Assembly: GCA_043825735.1 (NCBI GenBank)
Contig: JBDRRP010000015.1
Coordinates: forward strand, 62,001-113,520
Reading direction: 5' to 3'
Source of the DNA: Pseudomonadota bacterium
GTDB taxonomy: Bacteria > Desulfobacterota > Desulfobacteria > Desulfobacterales > JBDRRP01
Length of the DNA stretch: 51,520 nt
The notes beneath the pieces are model-generated. The model worked only from the letters and a program-made list of their open reading frames with translations, did no database searches and had not been told where the DNA came from. Positions 8,696-18,967 of this stretch are shown here, piece after piece. The position numbers were made by a program, and so were the translations under genes. Every line of letters begins with the position of its first letter. Within the stretch, counting starts at the first letter, position 1.

Positions 8696-9880
8696 ATGAG
8701 AGATGCATATATCGTCACATCGGTTAGAACCCCCGGTTGCCGCAGAGGCAAAGGGGCGTTCAAAGATACCCGCCCGGAAGATCTGCTGGCCCACATCCTG
8801 AGCGTGGCCGTGGAGAAAACCCCCAACCTCGAGACCAAAGCCATTGACGACGTTATGATCGGCTGCTCGTTTCCAGAAGCCGAACAGGGGCTGAACATCG
8901 GTCGCCTGGCCAACCAGATTGCCGGTTTCCCCATCACCGTCTCCGGCGCCACCGTCAACCGGTTTTGCTCTTCCGGCCTGGAGGCCATCTCTCTGGCCTC
9001 TCTGCGGGTCATGGCCGGCTGGTCGGACATCACCATCGGCGGCGGTGTGGAGTCCATGACCTTCGTACCCATGGGCGGCAACCTGCCCCGCCCTCACCCT
9101 GAGCATGCCAAGCACGGTGCGGACCTGTATGCCTCGATGGGCATCACCGCCGAAAACGTGGCCAATCGCTACAAGGTGAACCGGGAAGACCAGGATGCGT
9201 TCGCCTACGAATCCCACATGAAGGCGGCCAAGGCACAGAAGGAAGGCCTCTTCACCGAAATCGTCCCCACACCGGCCGCCAAATACGTTCTGCAGGCCGA
9301 TGGCACCTACAAGCGTGAATCCTTCTTGCAGGATTTCGACGACGGCGTACGCGCCACCACCACCATCGAAGGCCTCGCAAAACTGCGACCGGTCTTTGCT
9401 GTAAACGGGTCGGTCACCGCCGGCAACTCCTCCCAGACCACCGACGGCGCCGCGGCCACCATCATCATGAGCGAAGCGATGGTTAAAAAACTCGGCGTCA
9501 AACCTATCGCCAAGCTCAAATGCTACACCACGGTGGGATGCGCTCCCGATGAGATGGGCGTCGGCCCGGCAGTGGCCATTCCCAAGCTGTTGGCAATGGC
9601 CGGTCTGAAGCCCAAAGACATCGGCGCATGGGAGATCAACGAGGCCTTTGCCTCTCAGGCGCTCTACAGCATCCGCACCATCGGCATCGAAGATCGGATG
9701 GACGATATCAACATGAACGGCGGCGCCATTGCCCTGGGCCACCCCCTGGGCTGCACCGGCGCGAAGCTGTGCGCCACGCTGCTGGCCAACATGCAGCGCA
9801 AGGGAGCCAAATACGGCGTCGAGTCCATGTGTATCGGTGGCGGCATGGGCGCTGCAGCGCTGTTCGAGCTCTGCGAATAA
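8696..9880 (+). CDS. fadA: Acetyl-CoA C-acyltransferase (thiolase)
   Basis: NRFCSSG, NEAF, GHPLG and CIGGG motifs; AGGAGG RBS. Confidence 0.93.
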   Translation: MRDAYIVTSVRTPGCRRGKGAFKDTRPEDLLAHILSVAVEKTPNLETKAIDDVMIGCSFPEAEQGLNIGRLANQIAGFPITVSGATVNRFCSSGLEAISLASLRVMAGWSDITIGGGVESMTFVPMGGNLPRPHPEHAKHGADLYASMGITAENVANRYKVNREDQDAFAYESHMKAAKAQKEGLFTEIVPTPAAKYVLQADGTYKRESFLQDFDDGVRATTTIEGLAKLRPVFAVNGSVTAGNSSQTTDGAAATIIMSEAMVKKLGVKPIAKLKCYTTVGCAPDEMGVGPAVAIPKLLAMAGLKPKDIGAWEINEAFASQALYSIRTIGIEDRMDDINMNGGAIALGHPLGCTGAKLCATLLANMQRKGAKYGVESMCIGGGMGAAALFELCE

Positions 9881-9886
9881 AACAGC

Positions 9887-9928
9887 GCAGGCCGCCCCTG
9901 TGAGGCCGGCCTGCGTTTTTATATTTAT
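9887..9928 (+). terminator. Rho-independent terminator after thiolase
   Basis: CGCAGGCC...GGCCTGCG stem followed by a T-rich run. Confidence 0.7.
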
Positions 9929-10104
9929 TTGTTCTCTGTGCCCATCGGGGCGGGCGATACGCCCGCCCCGATTTGCATGGCCTGCCTTAGCATCCCTTAA
10001 AAAAAGTCTTGCCGCCCCCCCCATCCGCAATGATACAGTTGCCGTGCCAAGAACGCGCACGCCTTAACCGGTACTAACTGTAAACACAAAAAGGGGGGGG
10101 GCTT

Positions 10105-10686
10105 ATGACAATACGCCCGTGTCTATATGCCGCGGCGATACTCATCCTGCTGGCCGGCCCGGCCTCGGCCGAAATGTATCAATGGGTGGATGACAGCGGC
10201 GTGAAGCACTTCGCCAACACACCACCGCCGACCGGCGTCAAAGCGGAAAACAGTTGGGCGGAGGTCCAATACAACGAGACGGCCGACACGGCTCTGGCCG
10301 CCGAAAACGAACGCGTCATCAAGGCGGGGAACGCCCAAGATGCGGTCGCGGCGGAGATGGCGGCAAAAGAAGCGGCAGCCAGCAAAAGCGCCATGGCGGA
10401 GCAACTCGCTGCGCTTGAAACCAAGCAGGCGGCACTGGCGAAAGCCCTGCTCTCGGATCGGTTGAATTTTCGGGATCAGGCGAACCCCCTGCGCCGCAAG
10501 CTCCAGGATCTGGAACGCACGGTCGTGGTCGCGGAAGCAAGCGGGGCGGACGCATCTAGTGCTAAAAAAGAGCGGCTGAGGGTCTGGAACGAGCTTTTTA
10601 CGACCCGATACGTGGTTCGAAACGGGTATTCGCTCATGGAACTGTATCAAAAAGTCACCCGCGAGATCGAGGCCCTCGGAGGCTGA
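10105..10686 (+). CDS. DUF4124 domain secreted protein
   Basis: Signal peptide then AEMYQWVDDSGVKHFANTPP, followed by a coiled coil. Confidence 0.85.
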   Translation: MTIRPCLYAAAILILLAGPASAEMYQWVDDSGVKHFANTPPPTGVKAENSWAEVQYNETADTALAAENERVIKAGNAQDAVAAEMAAKEAAASKSAMAEQLAALETKQAALAKALLSDRLNFRDQANPLRRKLQDLERTVVVAEASGADASSAKKERLRVWNELFTTRYVVRNGYSLMELYQKVTREIEALGG

Positions 10687-10693
10687 GCTTCTG

Positions 10694-11341
10694 TCACGAT
10701 GATTCGACCCGAAGATGCACCCGCCTTGCCCGCAATGCCAAGGCCAGTGTTTGCTGCCCGGCCGGTGTGCCGTCGATACGGGCGCCGGCCATAGCATCCC
10801 ACACGGCGCTTCCCATCAGAGCCATATGATCGGCCAGTCGATCCCCGTCAATCCACACGCCGCGCTTCAGCAGCACCGGGGCCAGTTCCGCCGCGATCAG
10901 GTTGAACAGCTTCAGGGTCAAACAGATGGGCTCAGGGTCAAGCGGGCAATCGGCCTCGCCGGTATAGGTGATCCCCTGCCGAAATACGGCATAACGCCCC
11001 CCGCGTCGCATGGTGGCGCCGACAAGACCGGGCATTGCCGCCGAAAGCGCCAGCATATCCCCGGCGCCCGCACGGGCGGCGTCGATGTCATCGACGGGCT
11101 TGCCGTTTAAAAATACCGTTTGAAGACGCCCTTCCACATAATCGGGGGCGATACCGAGCTGCCCGCAAAGCATCTCACGCACCGTGCAACCTGCCACCAC
11201 CTCGATGCCAACCCCGCCGGAGAACAGCAGCCGCAATTGCCGGAGCAGCGCTTCGCGGCCGGTCAGCTCGACAATGATGAATTCGCCTTCTCGGGCGCAG
11301 GGGCTGTCAGTACTGGCTGAATGGTTGTTTGCTTCCGTCAT
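10694..11341 (-). CDS. Hypothetical protein with an internal MoaD/ThiS-like beta-grasp segment, downstream of AOR
   Basis: TVREML...VFLNGKPVDD...AGDMLAL pattern; GGAG RBS before ATG 11341. Confidence 0.65.
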   Translation of the reverse strand: MTEANNHSASTDSPCAREGEFIIVELTGREALLRQLRLLFSGGVGIEVVAGCTVREMLCGQLGIAPDYVEGRLQTVFLNGKPVDDIDAARAGAGDMLALSAAMPGLVGATMRRGGRYAVFRQGITYTGEADCPLDPEPICLTLKLFNLIAAELAPVLLKRGVWIDGDRLADHMALMGSAVWDAMAGARIDGTPAGQQTLALALRARRVHLRVESS

Positions 11342-11354
11342 GGCCGTCTCCACT

Positions 11355-11391
11355 AATAAACATGGGAGCCCGCAGGGCTCCCATGTTTATT
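11355..11391 (-). terminator. Perfect 17-bp hairpin (terminator or stabiliser) after aor
   Basis: AATAAACATGGGAGCCC-GCA-GGGCTCCCATGTTTATT. Confidence 0.75.
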
Positions 11392-11414
11392 GTATGCAGC
11401 GCGTCAGCGATGCA

Positions 11415-13157
11415 TTACCAGTTGAACACCCGGTCCAAGTCCTCGTCGGTCACCTTGAAGGTCACATTGTGCGGCGGCAGCGGCTCATTTTTGAAATACT
11501 CCGGCAGCCGGTCGTCTTTATTTGTGAATCCCGCGCGGGCATTGAAATCGCGCTCATGGGTCAGCACCGATTGCCCCAACTGGGTCACCAGATCGGCCGT
11601 GCAGGGCTGGCCGGTAAAGGCCGCGATCATGTCCACCATGGCCTGGAAGGTCTCCGGCTGGTCCAGGATGGCAAAGGCGATGAACAGGCAAAAACCGGTG
11701 GAATCGATGGCTGCCGTAGCGATCTGAAGCGCCCGGGAAAGATCCACCTGGCCTTCCGCCTTGAGTGGGTCGACACTGCCGCCGACGCCGAGAATGTTCT
11801 GAGCCACGGCATACCCGGCGGTATGGTCGGCGCCCATGGGGCTGGTGGCATAGGTCACCGCAATTCCCTGAACCCCCCGGGGATCGTAGGCCGGCATGGC
11901 CTGGCGTTTTACCACCGGCACACGCTCGACACCAAAAACCTGACCGGTCACCGCTGCGCCGCTGCCGAGAATGCGCCCCAGCGGGGAGCCCTTGCCCACT
12001 TCCTTGACCAGATTGATGGCCGCCTCGGCATCGCCGAACTTGGCCAGACCTGCCTCCATGGCCACTCCGACGGTGGCGCCCATCTCGATGGTATCCAGGC
12101 CGTAATCGTCATCCAGACGGTCGATGTGCGCGATGGCATCCAGATCGTCGATACCGCAGTTGCCGCCATGGGCCCACACGGTTTCGTACTCAGGTTGCTT
12201 GGTGAGATACTTGCCGTTTTTGTCGTAATAGGTTCCGGAGCAGCGGATCACGCATCCGCGATGGCATCCGTGAGTGGCTGACCCCTCGCCGCCGCGGGTG
12301 TTTTCCACCTCGGCCTGAGTTTCACCGCTGATCTTGTCGTGACCGGCAAACCGTCCTGAAGAAAAATTGTTGGTGGGATAGGCGCCGGCTTCGTTGAGTA
12401 CATTGGTCAACACGTTGGTGCCAAAGGCGGGCAGTCCTTCTCCGCAGACCGGGTGCTTGCGCAGTCCGTCCACAAAAATTTTGTTGGCTGCCTTGAACGC
12501 CTCGGGATCCGCCGGGGCGCGCATCTTGCAGCCGTCGTCGTCAAGGACGATGACCTTCACACCCTTGGCTCCCATGACCGCACCCACACCGCCGCGACCG
12601 GCATGCCGGGTCGGGCGCTGCTCCATATCCGTAATGGCGATGGAGGCTGCCGACAGTTTCATTTCCCCGGCCTGACCGATGGAGATGCAGCTGACTTTTT
12701 CACCGAAATCGGCCTTGATCTTGTCCACGGTGTCGTAGTTGCCGAGCATTTTGAATTCGTCGGCAGCGCTGATCTTGACGCCGTCTTTGGTGACGACCAC
12801 TTTGTAAAATGCATCGTCGGCCGGTTTTCCCTCCAGGATGATGGCCGCATAACCCAGCCGCCCCATCACCTGCGCCGCCTGCCCGCCCGCATTGGCTTCC
12901 TTGATGCCGCCGGTGAGCGGACTCTTACAACCGATGGAGAGTCTCCCGGATATGGCGGCTGCCGAACCGCTGAGCATTCCCGGTGCGATGACGAGCTTGT
13001 TATCGGCGCCCAGCGGGTGACACAACGCCGGCACTTCGGTGTTGACAACGGTGCTGGTCATCGCGCGTCCGCCGAGCCCGGCGTAGGCCCCCAGCGGTTC
13101 CACTGAAAACTGCGGTCCACCACTGGCCCCCATATTGATGCGTAAGATTTTGTCCAT
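11415..13157 (-). CDS. aor: Aldehyde:ferredoxin oxidoreductase (tungsten/molybdenum AOR family)
   Basis: KSPLTGGIKEANAGG, AGRGGVGAVMG, GCHRGCVIRC Fe-S motif, PEYET, GLDTIEMG, PAYDPRG. Confidence 0.93.
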   Translation of the reverse strand: MDKILRINMGASGGPQFSVEPLGAYAGLGGRAMTSTVVNTEVPALCHPLGADNKLVIAPGMLSGSAAAISGRLSIGCKSPLTGGIKEANAGGQAAQVMGRLGYAAIILEGKPADDAFYKVVVTKDGVKISAADEFKMLGNYDTVDKIKADFGEKVSCISIGQAGEMKLSAASIAITDMEQRPTRHAGRGGVGAVMGAKGVKVIVLDDDGCKMRAPADPEAFKAANKIFVDGLRKHPVCGEGLPAFGTNVLTNVLNEAGAYPTNNFSSGRFAGHDKISGETQAEVENTRGGEGSATHGCHRGCVIRCSGTYYDKNGKYLTKQPEYETVWAHGGNCGIDDLDAIAHIDRLDDDYGLDTIEMGATVGVAMEAGLAKFGDAEAAINLVKEVGKGSPLGRILGSGAAVTGQVFGVERVPVVKRQAMPAYDPRGVQGIAVTYATSPMGADHTAGYAVAQNILGVGGSVDPLKAEGQVDLSRALQIATAAIDSTGFCLFIAFAILDQPETFQAMVDMIAAFTGQPCTADLVTQLGQSVLTHERDFNARAGFTNKDDRLPEYFKNEPLPPHNVTFKVTDEDLDRVFNW

Positions 13158-13274
13158 GATGTCCCCCTCCTTGTTTGATGAAACGCCCTTCGAGTTTACA
13201 AAAGCGATCTGGCGGGCCGTTGCGGCCGGCAGATGAACTGCGGGGATATAAGAAAAATTGTGGATTCACCGCTG

Positions 13275-13303
13275 TTATTATGTGTAGTCTATGGTCATGT
13301 CAA
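13275..13303 (-). promoter_or_regulatory. Putative sigma70 promoter of aor
   Basis: Minus strand TTGACA-N17-TAATAA. Confidence 0.4.
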
Positions 13304-13549
13304 GAAAAACCCAAAATACCACTTGCCGGCGAACGCGCAGGAAGCCCAGAGCCGGCGGGCATCTGTGGGACTTTTCGACCGGTAGCGCCTGCCCCTTGCT
13401 TGACCCGTGCCCATTCGGCTATAAATTGTAACCACTACTGACCAATATCACGCTTCCTTGACACTGCACTTCGTTTGATCACGCCTCACCGCTGCCACTG
13501 GCTTTAAGATTTATACGTATTTCTGGTCAGTTATAATACTTCCGATAAG

Positions 13550-13565
13550 TGGCACATTTTCTGCA
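13550..13565 (+). promoter_or_regulatory. sigma54 (-24/-12) promoter of the prkA operon
   Basis: TGGCAC-ATTTT-CTGCA, GG-N10-GC spacing, AT-rich tract upstream. Confidence 0.75.
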
Positions 13566-13703
13566 CTGTTATTCGTCACAAACCGGTTCACCGCTTGAGG
13601 AGTCAGTTGCGTGGGTGATTTTCCGCCCCACGGGTGAGAACGCCACCAGCGGCCGAAATAAAAAAGGAACTGCCAACCCGAAAGTAAAAAAAAGGGGGTC
13701 ACC

Positions 13704-15767
13704 ATGGCCAGAAAACCTGACAGCGCACTATACCAGCACGTGAAAGCGGTCAAAAAAGGCGAAAGACGGTTCGAAAACGCCTTTGAAGGGGTAACCCGAA
13801 TGATTCTGGGGGGGCAGGTCGAAAAGGTGGTCGTCAACGGCAAGACCACCTACGATTTTCAGGTTTTCCGCACCGGGGCCAAACACATCATCGGCATGTA
13901 CGACGAGCTCAACAGCTTTGTGTCCTACGTAAAGGACGCCGCCGAGGGGGGCAGTTCCAAAGAAATGGCCTTTGTCCTGGTGGGGGAACCCGGCAACGGA
14001 AAAACCTATTTTGTGGACTACCTGTGCGCCAAATACCGGGACTTTCTCGCCCTTCCGGGAAACCGGAAATTCACGTTCCGTTTCAACAACTTGGACAGCC
14101 TGGGGCACTACGGCCGGATTCAGCGCATCGAATCGCAGACCTATGAAGACCCCATGATCCTGGCCATGAACCTTTACGAAACCGAGGCGGAAAACCAGGC
14201 CTTTCTCGCCAGCTCATTCGGCTTCACGGATGCCGAAATTGAAAACCTGTATAAAAACTACCGGCCCCTGGGTGCCTGCAGCGGCTACATTTTAGGCGAC
14301 ATCCGCAACCACGTGGGCGGTGACGTCAAGGAAGCCCTCGCGTACATCGATATCGTCCCGGTCCCCCTCACCGAAAGTCTGGGCACGGTCACCGGGAAGT
14401 ACCCCGCCAAGGACAAGATCACTTCCTCGGCCGTGGATCTGCTGGGAGAGGAATCCATTCAGCGACTGCTCTACATCACCGACACCAACAACCCCTACCG
14501 CTTCGATCTGCGCCGAGGCGCCCTGGCCCGCGTTGCCGGCGGCGGCATCCATTTCAGCGACGAGATCTATAAAAACAAGAAAGACCTGGTCCAGGTCTAC
14601 CTGGGTGTGATCCAGAACCGCACCATCGAAATCGACGGCTACCGCTGGCCCATCGACACGCTCATCGTAGCCACCAGCAACAATTCTGAATTCAACCGGT
14701 TTTTGTCGGAAAAAGAAGAGGCGCCCATCGTCGACCGGTGCCGCATCTGCTACGTGAGCCACAACGCCAATTATAAGCTCCAGAGCGAGCTCACTCGCTA
14801 TGCCGTGGGCACCGGCAGCAAAACGACCCTGGACAGCCACGAAATCCTCCACCAGGACCCCAATCTCAACTACGCCGCATCCGTGGCCGTGGTACTGACG
14901 CGCCTGCCTCGGAGCGAAAAGCTCACGCCGGTAGAAACCATGAAACTCGCCGCCGGCGAAGTCGCCGGTGAAAAGAGCATCAAGGCACTGGCCGAAGTCA
15001 TCGACGGGCTGAACCAGGAGCCGGACATCACCAAACGTTTCGGCCAGAAGGGACTCGGCCAGCGAAATCTGGGACGCTCTGTCCAACTCCTGCTGGAAAG
15101 CTCGGGGACCAATGAGGGCCGCTGCATGTTCGCCTACGACATCTTCGCCGCCCTGGAGCGCGCCGTTCTGGATTACGTTCCTGAAGCCAATGACCGCGCC
15201 AAGTACCTGGAAGATCTGAAAACGGCCAAAGGGCTGTACCGCGAGCGCATCATGACCGAGATGTTCAACGCCTATATGGACGAGCCCCTGGCCATCCGCA
15301 AAGACGTCATGAACTACGTCAACATGATCATCGGCATCGACGCTGAGAACCTCGGCCCCGACAAAATGTGGAAATACAAGGACCCCCAGTCCGGAGAGCT
15401 CAGAGCGGTTAAAATCGACGAGCGCTTCGTCAACTCCGTGGAAGACCGGCTGGGCCTTAAAACCGCCGAGCAGCGGGAGAGCTTTCGCACGTCCATCAGA
15501 AAGATCTACGGTCAGAAGCTCTCGGTGTCACCCGACTACGACTTCATGGACAACCTCGAGCTGGTGAAGGCCATCACCGATGTGCGCCTCAAAAGCGACA
15601 TCGCCGGCGCGGGCAGCCTCATCGGCGCCCTGGCCAACCGGACCAACGAGGAAAACCAGAAACTCTACGATAGGATGATCGACACCATGCTGGGTAAGCT
15701 GGGCTATTGCACCACCTGCGCCCAGAAGACCATTGAGTACTTCTGCACCCAGGAGGACGAGGGATAG
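13704..15767 (+). CDS. prkA: PrkA/YeaG family AAA+ serine protein kinase (copy 1)
   Basis: Walker A GEPGNGKT, Walker B IHFSDE, arginine-finger region APIVDR, C-terminal LGYCTTCA. Confidence 0.85.
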   Translation: MARKPDSALYQHVKAVKKGERRFENAFEGVTRMILGGQVEKVVVNGKTTYDFQVFRTGAKHIIGMYDELNSFVSYVKDAAEGGSSKEMAFVLVGEPGNGKTYFVDYLCAKYRDFLALPGNRKFTFRFNNLDSLGHYGRIQRIESQTYEDPMILAMNLYETEAENQAFLASSFGFTDAEIENLYKNYRPLGACSGYILGDIRNHVGGDVKEALAYIDIVPVPLTESLGTVTGKYPAKDKITSSAVDLLGEESIQRLLYITDTNNPYRFDLRRGALARVAGGGIHFSDEIYKNKKDLVQVYLGVIQNRTIEIDGYRWPIDTLIVATSNNSEFNRFLSEKEEAPIVDRCRICYVSHNANYKLQSELTRYAVGTGSKTTLDSHEILHQDPNLNYAASVAVVLTRLPRSEKLTPVETMKLAAGEVAGEKSIKALAEVIDGLNQEPDITKRFGQKGLGQRNLGRSVQLLLESSGTNEGRCMFAYDIFAALERAVLDYVPEANDRAKYLEDLKTAKGLYRERIMTEMFNAYMDEPLAIRKDVMNYVNMIIGIDAENLGPDKMWKYKDPQSGELRAVKIDERFVNSVEDRLGLKTAEQRESFRTSIRKIYGQKLSVSPDYDFMDNLELVKAITDVRLKSDIAGAGSLIGALANRTNEENQKLYDRMIDTMLGKLGYCTTCAQKTIEYFCTQEDEG

Positions 15768-15857
15768 CCTGGGCTGTCTTTTCCCAACAGGCGTCACTCT
15801 CCAGGCGACTTGGCAGACGAGAAAAATCCTCTCCCAGGCGATATGAGGAAACGACCG

Positions 15858-17246
15858 ATGCCGAATAATAAGAAAACGAAATCTCCAGTAGACGACGCCA
15901 TTAACGGCAGTGCCTCCCTGAATGCCGCGATGCGAGAGGAACTCGCCATGAGCGACAGCCATGGCATCGACGGCGGCAGCGACGACGCACTCATCGACCC
16001 CGCGCTGCGTGTGAATCCGATCCGCGCGATCTACCACTGGCACGACCTGTTCGTTCTACAGGCCGCAGGGTCCCTGCAGGGAAGCACCACCGCGCGCATC
16101 AAGAGCATCGACGAGCTGCTCGAGCGCGACAAGATCCGCGAAGAAGACGGATTCCCACGCAAGATCCGCGTGGGGCGCATGATCAAACCGGGCCGCAGCG
16201 GCAAGGATAAAGTGGTCGTGGTCCCCACCACGGTGGAGGAAAAACTCATCCACGACCCCACCCTCACCCCCAACCAGGAGGAAAGCGCCGGCGGCGCGGG
16301 TGACGGCGAAGAAGGCGAAGTCATCGGTGAGCAGCCGGTCCGCCAGGAACAGGCGAGCGGGGCCGGATCCGGTGAAGGGGGTGAGGAATCACACGAAATG
16401 GAATCGAGCGCTTACGATCTGGGAAAAATCCTCACCGAGCAGTTCGAGCTGCCCAACCTCAAGGAAAAGGGGAAAAAGCGCTCCCTCACCCGCTACACCT
16501 ACGATCTCACCGATCGCAACCGCGGCTTCGGCCAGGTACTCGACAAAAAAGCCACGCTGCGCCAAATCCTTGAAACCAATATCGCACTGGGCCGGGTGCC
16601 GGATGTGGGCCGCATCGACCCGACCGGTTTTCTCATCAGCCCGTCGGACAAGATCTACCGCGTACTCAGCCGTGAGATGGACTACGAATCCCAGGCGATG
16701 GTGTTTTTTCTCCGAGACTACTCGGGGTCCATGACCGGCAAACCGACCGAAATGGTCGTCTCCCAGCATGTGCTCATCTATAGCTGGCTCCTTTACCAGT
16801 ACGAGCGCCAGGTAGAGACCCGGTTCATCCTCCACGATACCGAGGCCAAGGAGGTGCCGAATTTTTACACCTACTACAACTCGAAGGTGGCCGGGGGCAC
16901 CAAAGTCGCATCGGCGTTTCGGCTGGTCAACCATATCGTGGAGACGGAGAATCTGGCCAAGGACTACAACATCTACATTTTTCACGGCACCGACGGCGAT
17001 GACTGGGACACCGACGGCAGTGAGACCATCCCTGAGATCCGAACCGCGGTGGGTTATGCCAGCCGCATCGGCGTGACCATCGCCCAGCGTGCCAGCGACT
17101 CGCGAAACAATACCGAAGTGGAGCGGTATCTGAATAAATCGAATCTTCTCACAACGAACCCGAAAGAGATCCGTCTGGAAATCCTGGACACCGAAGCCGA
17201 CGAGTCCAAGATTATCAAAAGCATCCGCAACCTCATCTCCGAATAG
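15858..17246 (+). CDS. yeaH: YeaH/YhbH (DUF444) VWA-domain protein
   Basis: FELPNLKEKG, MIDAS DYSGSM, GGTKVAS, YIFHGTDGDDW. Start uncertain (15843, 15858 or 15948). Confidence 0.87.
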   Translation: MPNNKKTKSPVDDAINGSASLNAAMREELAMSDSHGIDGGSDDALIDPALRVNPIRAIYHWHDLFVLQAAGSLQGSTTARIKSIDELLERDKIREEDGFPRKIRVGRMIKPGRSGKDKVVVVPTTVEEKLIHDPTLTPNQEESAGGAGDGEEGEVIGEQPVRQEQASGAGSGEGGEESHEMESSAYDLGKILTEQFELPNLKEKGKKRSLTRYTYDLTDRNRGFGQVLDKKATLRQILETNIALGRVPDVGRIDPTGFLISPSDKIYRVLSREMDYESQAMVFFLRDYSGSMTGKPTEMVVSQHVLIYSWLLYQYERQVETRFILHDTEAKEVPNFYTYYNSKVAGGTKVASAFRLVNHIVETENLAKDYNIYIFHGTDGDDWDTDGSETIPEIRTAVGYASRIGVTIAQRASDSRNNTEVERYLNKSNLLTTNPKEIRLEILDTEADESKIIKSIRNLISE

Positions 17247-17302
17247 ACCGCGGCCGGACTGTTCGCCGAACATTAGGCCGGGCCTGCGGGCCGGGAGGCG
17301 CC

Positions 17303-18955
17303 ATGCAACTGATCGACCAGCACACCAAAAGTATCATGGAAGGATGCAAGGAGCGCGCCCGGGAGGCGGGACTGCGTTTCGAAGACGAAACCCTCGAATA
17401 CATCGTCACCAACCGGGATCTGCTGGAGCTCTCCCCCAAAATGATGATCCCCACCCTCTACGACTACTGGGTACACGATGTGGAGGTGCTCAAGGAAAAG
17501 GGCAAATACGAACTCTATCCGAGCAATCCCTACGAGACGGTCATCAACACACGGCCGGCCATCTCCTTTTACAATGACAACAATCCGGACTGGCTTAACG
17601 TGATGATCTTTTATCACGTGCTCGCACACATCGATTTTTTCCAGAACAATCAGTTCTTCCGTCATACCTGGGACATCGATTTCACCGGGCAGGCCCTCTC
17701 GGACAAACGCCTCATCGCCAGACTCCGTTCCAAGAAGGGGCGCTGGGTCGACTATGTCATCGAGTTCGCCCGCAGCATGGACAACCTCGTGGGCTATCAC
17801 CAGGAGCTTTACCACGGCGACGCCTACGGCAGCCTCAACGGCTCAGATCGTCTCAATTACTATTTCGATGTGTTTCTCCAGGAGGAGAAAAAGGTCAGCA
17901 TCGCCGATTACATCAAAGAAATCGAGCGCTATAACAGCTGCCAGACCGACCACGGCGATCTGGGGGAACAGGCGTTTTTTGCGGACGTATTGTTGCGCCA
18001 CCCCGAATTTGACGCCCTTCTGGAAAAATTCCGGGAGGCCGACCGTCGGACCCATCTGGACGTGTTCCAGTTCGTTCTGGCCAATTCGACATTCATCAAC
18101 CGTGAGGACAACCGCTGGATGAAGCCGGTGGTCGAGGTGATCCGCGCCACCTCCCTGGTCTTTCAGCCCCAGATCCGCACCAAGATCATGAACGAGGGAT
18201 GGGCCAGCTACTGGCACGAAACCCTTTTCCTGAAAGACGACCGGATCCAGGGGCACGAGGCCGATTTTGCCCGGGTCAACGCCTGGGTGACATCCATGCC
18301 CCGGGTGGGACTGAATCCCTACGCGCTGGGGATGCGTCTTTTTTACTATCTGGAGGAGATGGCCGACAAGGGCCGCCGCAGCCTCGACTACCAGGGGCTT
18401 CGCGATGCGCGGGCCCGCAAAGACTTCGACACCGGCGCCGCCGGGGGACGGGACTTTATCTTCCACATCCGGGAGCACTATGCCGACGGCCGCTTTGTGA
18501 GCGACTTCATCGACCAGGACTTCGTCGACCGACATCGCCTTTTCGTGGCAGGCAAGCGGATGGACCCCCAGCGGATGGTGTGGCAGTATTATGTCAAGAG
18601 CCGGTCCGCCGAGGCCTATCGGGCGATGGTGGCGGGCTCGCTCTACCATCCGCCGCACCTGGCCATTGACGCCGACAAAATGAACGACGGCGCACTCTAC
18701 CTCAATCATGCCTTCGAGGGAAAACCCCTGGTGCAAGATTTCATCGGCGGCACCCTTCTGGGCATCGCCTACCTGTGGGGAGCACCGGTGCATCTGGAGA
18801 CCAGTGAAGTGGTGGCATCTAAAACGTCTGAGCAGTCCGTCTTTATCGCCGGCCGCTCCGGTCCGGCCCGGGCCGAGACCCAGTCGGCGGATGTGACATG
18901 GCAACGCGTGGTGTACACGATGAAAGACCGGAAACTGAGCCGAAAACCACTGTAA
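17303..18955 (+). CDS. spoVR: SpoVR/YcgB family protein
   Basis: YETVINT, HVLAHIDFFQNN, PQIRTKIMNEGWASYWH, LNPYALG. Confidence 0.92.
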   Translation: MQLIDQHTKSIMEGCKERAREAGLRFEDETLEYIVTNRDLLELSPKMMIPTLYDYWVHDVEVLKEKGKYELYPSNPYETVINTRPAISFYNDNNPDWLNVMIFYHVLAHIDFFQNNQFFRHTWDIDFTGQALSDKRLIARLRSKKGRWVDYVIEFARSMDNLVGYHQELYHGDAYGSLNGSDRLNYYFDVFLQEEKKVSIADYIKEIERYNSCQTDHGDLGEQAFFADVLLRHPEFDALLEKFREADRRTHLDVFQFVLANSTFINREDNRWMKPVVEVIRATSLVFQPQIRTKIMNEGWASYWHETLFLKDDRIQGHEADFARVNAWVTSMPRVGLNPYALGMRLFYYLEEMADKGRRSLDYQGLRDARARKDFDTGAAGGRDFIFHIREHYADGRFVSDFIDQDFVDRHRLFVAGKRMDPQRMVWQYYVKSRSAEAYRAMVAGSLYHPPHLAIDADKMNDGALYLNHAFEGKPLVQDFIGGTLLGIAYLWGAPVHLETSEVVASKTSEQSVFIAGRSGPARAETQSADVTWQRVVYTMKDRKLSRKPL

Positions 18956-18967
18956 ACGGGGGCTGCC

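Noticed and set aside
7115..10060. Long antisense ORFs (451 and 464 aa; also 11184-12281, 29153-30250, 41342-42946)
   Set aside because: Shadow frames opposite well-supported high-GC genes, with no domain motifs.
15797..15841. Short direct repeat CTCTC(C)CAGGCGA twice
   Set aside because: Only two short copies; not a CRISPR array or clear target duplication.
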